A stretch of 64,000 bases of DNA from an uncultured Actinomycetes bacterium (lineage in GTDB: Bacteria > Actinomycetota > UBA4738 > JBBDTT01). The stretch spans positions 307,317-371,316 of the forward strand of contig CAVUMN010000003.1 in assembly GCA_963742735.1 (NCBI GenBank), written 5' to 3'. This document shows, in pieces, positions 60,694-64,000 of the stretch (position 1 is the first letter of the stretch; each line of letters opens with the position of its first letter). A program made the position numbers and the translations under genes. A model generated the notes under the pieces. The model saw only the letters and a list, made by a program, of their open reading frames with translations, was not told the origin of the DNA and did no database searches.

Positions 60694-60702
60694 CGTCGCC
60701 GC

Positions 60703-61494
60703 GTGACGCTGGTTCGCATCGAGCCCGGCCGGGTCTGGCGGCTCACGCTCGACCGCCCGGAGCAGCGCAACGCGGTCTCCGCGGCGATGATGGAGGAGTT
60801 CCTCTCGGCGCTGGGCGACGCCGCCGTCGATCCCGCCGCGCGGGCGATCGTCCTGGCGGGCGCCGGCGACCACTTCTGCGCCGGAGCCGACGTCGCGGAG
60901 CTCCTGGAGGCCACCGGGGGTCCGGGGGCGATCGAGTACGGCCGCGCATTCGAGGAGGTCCTCCGGGCGATCGGCGACCACCCCGTGCCGGTCATCGCCC
61001 GGGTCCAGGGGGCGGCCCTGGGGGCGGGCTGCCAGCTCGCGGTGGCCTGCGACCTCGCCGTGGCGGCCGAGGACGCCAGGATCGGAATCCCGTCGTCGCG
61101 TCTCGGCCTGCTCATCAACGTCGAGAACATCGAACGCCTCACGCTCTCCGCCGGATCGAAGCGGGCCGCCGAGCTCCTCTTCACCGGCCGGGCCCTGGAG
61201 GGAACGGAGGCCGCAGCGTGGGGGATCATCAACCGTGCGGTGCCCGCCGCGGACCTCGACCAGGAGGTGGATCGGCTGGCGAAGCTCATCGCGGACGGGG
61301 CGCCGATCTCCGTCCGGGGTTCGAAGCGGGGGATCCAGGCCGTGCTGGGAGCCCTGTCCATGGACGAGACGACCGAGCGGGACCGCATCGCGGAGTTCGA
61401 CATGATGGCCGCGCAGGCCCTGGCCAGCGAGGACCTCCGTGAGGGGATCGCGGCCTTCCGCGAACGACGCCCTCCGGAGTTCCGAGGCACGTGA
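60703..61494 (+). CDS. enoyl-CoA hydratase/isomerase family protein
   Basis: GTG start; crotonase motifs FCAGADV, GAALGAGCQLAVACDL. Confidence 0.85.
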   Translation: MTLVRIEPGRVWRLTLDRPEQRNAVSAAMMEEFLSALGDAAVDPAARAIVLAGAGDHFCAGADVAELLEATGGPGAIEYGRAFEEVLRAIGDHPVPVIARVQGAALGAGCQLAVACDLAVAAEDARIGIPSSRLGLLINVENIERLTLSAGSKRAAELLFTGRALEGTEAAAWGIINRAVPAADLDQEVDRLAKLIADGAPISVRGSKRGIQAVLGALSMDETTERDRIAEFDMMAAQALASEDLREGIAAFRERRPPEFRGT

Positions 61495-62150
61495 CGCCGG
61501 CGAGGCTCGGCCGGGACAGCCCGCTCGAGGAGCGAGCTCCCGTGGTGATCGACCGCCTGAAGGCGGCGTACCCCGACGCGACCGTCGCCCTGAAGTTCTC
61601 GAACCCGCTCGAGATGCTGGTGGCGACCATCCTGTCGGCCCAGTGCACCGACGAGAAGGTGAACGAGGTCACGGCCACGCTGTTCAAGAAGTACCGGTCG
61701 TGCGAGGACTACCTGAAGGTCCCCGAGGACGAGCTCCGTACGGACATCTTCTCGACGGGCTTCTACAACCAGAAGGCGAAGGCGATCCGCGGCGCGTGCC
61801 GGGTGCTGCTCGAGGAGTTCGACGGGCGGATTCCCGACACCATGGAGGAGATCGTCCGGCTCCCCGGGGTGGCCCGAAAGACCGGGAACATCGTCCTGGG
61901 CAACGCCTACGGCGTGGTCGAGGGGATCGCCGTCGACACCCACGTCAAACGCGTGGCCACGCGGCTGGGGTTCACCGGCCAGAAGGATCCCGACAAGGTC
62001 GAGCGCGAGCTGATGGCGCGCATCCCGAAGGAGGACTGGTTCTCGTTCACCTACGTGCTCATCGATCACGGACGCCGGATCTGCCAGGCGAAGCGCCCGT
62101 TGTGTGAGGAATGCCCGGTGAACGACCTGTGTCCGTCGAGCCTCGTGTAG
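61491..62150 (+). CDS. nth: endonuclease III
   Basis: HhH-GPD (LPGVARKTGNIVLG) and C-x6-C-x2-C-x5-C FeS motif (CQAKRPLCEECPVNDLC). Confidence 0.9.
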   Translation: MTPARLGRDSPLEERAPVVIDRLKAAYPDATVALKFSNPLEMLVATILSAQCTDEKVNEVTATLFKKYRSCEDYLKVPEDELRTDIFSTGFYNQKAKAIRGACRVLLEEFDGRIPDTMEEIVRLPGVARKTGNIVLGNAYGVVEGIAVDTHVKRVATRLGFTGQKDPDKVERELMARIPKEDWFSFTYVLIDHGRRICQAKRPLCEECPVNDLCPSSLV

Positions 62151-62207
62151 CCTTCGGCAGGACCGCGCGCCCCGGCGGAGAAGTTGTTCGAAACGCCCTC
62201 AATTGGC

Positions 62208-64000
62208 ATGGAGGTCAATGTGGCCCGTCGTGTGATCCTGTCGCTGTCCCTGATCGCCCTGCTCGCCTCGGGCCTGACGGGGCCTCCGGCCGGCGCCGTG
62301 AGGAAGCCCAAGAAGCCCCCGGCGATCGGGTTCTCGAGCGCGGTCGTGGTCGACCCCGTGCACACCTTCGGCGAGCCGGACGTCCGTATGGGTCTCGACG
62401 GCGTCACCCACGTGAGCGGCCCGTGGGGGACCGGCACGCAGCGAAGCATCTGGAACATGTCGATGGACGGGGGCCGGACCTTCCACACGATGCACGACGA
62501 GGCGCTCACCGTCGCGGACCAGTCGGTGACCCAGCACCTGGGCCCGGGAGGCGGCGACACCGAGATCGCGATCGCCCGGGACGGCACGGTCTTCTACTCC
62601 GACCTGGCGGCGCTGGTGACCCTCAAGAATGCGGTGTGGCACCCGGGGGCGCGCACGCTGGAGACCGGCTTCATCACCGACGGGACCAGCAACGCCAACG
62701 GCATCGACCGGCAGTGGATGGCGTTGTGGGACCCGGCGAACGTGACCGCGACGCGGCGGGCGAGCGGCTACCAGGGCCCGTTCCCCGTGAACTACCAGAC
62801 GTTCAACGCGGCCACCGGCGGGATCAGCTGCGATCCTCCCGGCGGCAGCTGCTCGATCGCCACGTACACCCTGGACGGGGTGACCTACACCGAGCCCACC
62901 GTGACCTGGCCGATGGAGAACGACGGCAACCCGGTCATCGATCAACTGACCGGCACCGTGATCCAGGCCGTGAGTACCGCCGAGGACTCGAGCGAGAACT
63001 ACGACGACATCGGGGTGGCCCTGATTCGCCGCGCCCCCGGCGCGAGCCCGACGGACCCCGCCCTCACCCAGGCCGAGGTCATCAAGATCTCGGATCTGCC
63101 CCTGGACGACACCTCGGCGGACGAGGGCGACCACATGGGGACCCGCGTGCTGTTCCCGGTCACCGCGATCGACTCCGCGCGCAACGCCTACGTGATCTGG
63201 GCCAACCGGGCCGACGGCGCGGCCGGTGAGTCCCCGTCCAAGGCCGCGTGGCAGATCAGCTACGCGTGGGCCTCGGCCTCCTCGGGCTGGAAGCGCTGGT
63301 CCAAGCCCATCCGGGTGAGCCGGCCGCCGTCGAACACGAACATCATGCCGTGGGCCGTCGGAGGCTCCGGCGGGCGGCTGGCCGTCGTGTGGTACGGGAC
63401 CCAGGACGCCTCGGCCAATCCCCAGGAAGAGGACATCCATCAGGCGTGGGACGTGTACCTGGCCATGGTCGAGAAGGCGGCCTCCGCCAGGCCGGTGATT
63501 CGCCAGACGAAGGTCACCCGCCACCCGATGCACTACGGGACCATCTGCCTGCAGGGCACCGGTTGCATCGCGATCGCCGGCAACCGCAACCTGGCGGACT
63601 TCTTCATGGTCGAGAAGGACCCCCGCGACGGCGCGGTCCTGATCGTCTACAACGACACGTCCAACGAGGCGACCCAGAACGTGCCGCCCGGCGGACCCCA
63701 GGTCCCGCCGCCGTTGGACGGCGCCGTGGACCACCGGGGGGCGCCCGTCGTCACCCTCATGCGGCAGAACCGCGGCATCGGCCTGTTCGGCCGTCCCGTG
63801 AACGGCCCCCTGGCCACCGGCAGCTCCATGGCCGACGTCGCCGGCGACGCCGGCTGGGATCCCATCTACGGCGGGGTGACGGTGCCCGAGCTCGACCTGC
63901 GCGGCGTCAAGGTCAAGCGGGCCGGCGACCAGCTGGAGATCCGCGTGGCGGTCGAGAACCTCGACGACATCTCCCAGGCCCACTTCGCGACGGGCGGCCG
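62208..64000 (+). CDS. large secreted protein (BNR/sialidase-like beta-propeller?), 3' truncated by window edge
   Basis: Hand translation of 597 codons without stop; signal peptide MEVNVARRVILSLSLIALLASGLTGPPAGA; not in ORF track because no stop within window. Confidence 0.7.
   Translation, partial: MEVNVARRVILSLSLIALLASGLTGPPAGAVRKPKKPPAIGFSSAVVVDPVHTFGEPDVRMGLDGVTHVSGPWGTGTQRSIWNMSMDGGRTFHTMHDEALTVADQSVTQHLGPGGGDTEIAIARDGTVFYSDLAALVTLKNAVWHPGARTLETGFITDGTSNANGIDRQWMALWDPANVTATRRASGYQGPFPVNYQTFNAATGGISCDPPGGSCSIATYTLDGVTYTEPTVTWPMENDGNPVIDQLTGTVIQAVSTAEDSSENYDDIGVALIRRAPGASPTDPALTQAEVIKISDLPLDDTSADEGDHMGTRVLFPVTAIDSARNAYVIWANRADGAAGESPSKAAWQISYAWASASSGWKRWSKPIRVSRPPSNTNIMPWAVGGSGGRLAVVWYGTQDASANPQEEDIHQAWDVYLAMVEKAASARPVIRQTKVTRHPMHYGTICLQGTGCIAIAGNRNLADFFMVEKDPRDGAVLIVYNDTSNEATQNVPPGGPQVPPPLDGAVDHRGAPVVTLMRQNRGIGLFGRPVNGPLATGSSMADVAGDAGWDPIYGGVTVPELDLRGVKVKRAGDQLEIRVAVENLDDISQAHFATGG

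Overview
This is a high-GC (about 70%) actinobacterial-type chromosomal window with roughly 75 protein-coding genes, one tRNA gene and one integrated mobile element.

Housekeeping content, in order along the window:
- A nitrogen operon amtB-glnK-glnD preceded by a GlnR-box-like motif.
- A upp gene fused onto a BMP-family nucleoside ABC importer operon, plus an NAD(P)-glutamate dehydrogenase.
- A type I-beta DAHP synthase preceded by an aromatic-rich leader peptide and an intrinsic terminator, which looks like an attenuator.
- mreB, a PDZ/Lon-C (YlbL-like) protease, a PAS histidine kinase and a UPF0182 membrane protein.
- A class E sortase with two surface proteins.
- ftsH, an ECF sigma factor with a zinc-finger (ZAS) anti-sigma factor, and a BldC-like regulator.
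- An acyl-CoA carboxylase-like cluster: biotin carboxylase, carboxyltransferase, a standalone BCCP, two enoyl-CoA hydratases and a Kce/BKACE enzyme.
- Endonuclease III and a large secreted protein that runs off the 3' end of the window.

Most unusual observations:
1. An approximately 9.4 kb integrated element sits at the 3' end of an initiator-like tRNA-Met gene (33123-42521). It is bounded by a 46-bp direct repeat of the tRNA 3' half. It carries a tyrosine integrase, a divergent XRE repressor, an AlpA/Xis-like HTH protein, a large DUF3987-like protein and low-GC secreted cargo (a small secreted protein plus an HExxH metallopeptidase-like protein). It also carries a cluster of nine iteron-like 13-bp repeats (TGACCTGCGGTTT); inverted copies of the same motif abut both att cores. 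The overall layout is PICI/satellite-like.
2. A peroxiredoxin-like (AhpC-TSA_2) gene has an in-frame TGA exactly at the first Cys of its GCxxC motif (GUTFC), with a hairpin 17 nt downstream. This is a candidate selenoprotein.
3. An 18-codon leader ORF rich in Phe/Tyr/Trp, followed by a terminator, lies just upstream of DAHP synthase.

Coordinates derived from ORF arithmetic are firm. A few hand-counted positions may be off by one nucleotide.
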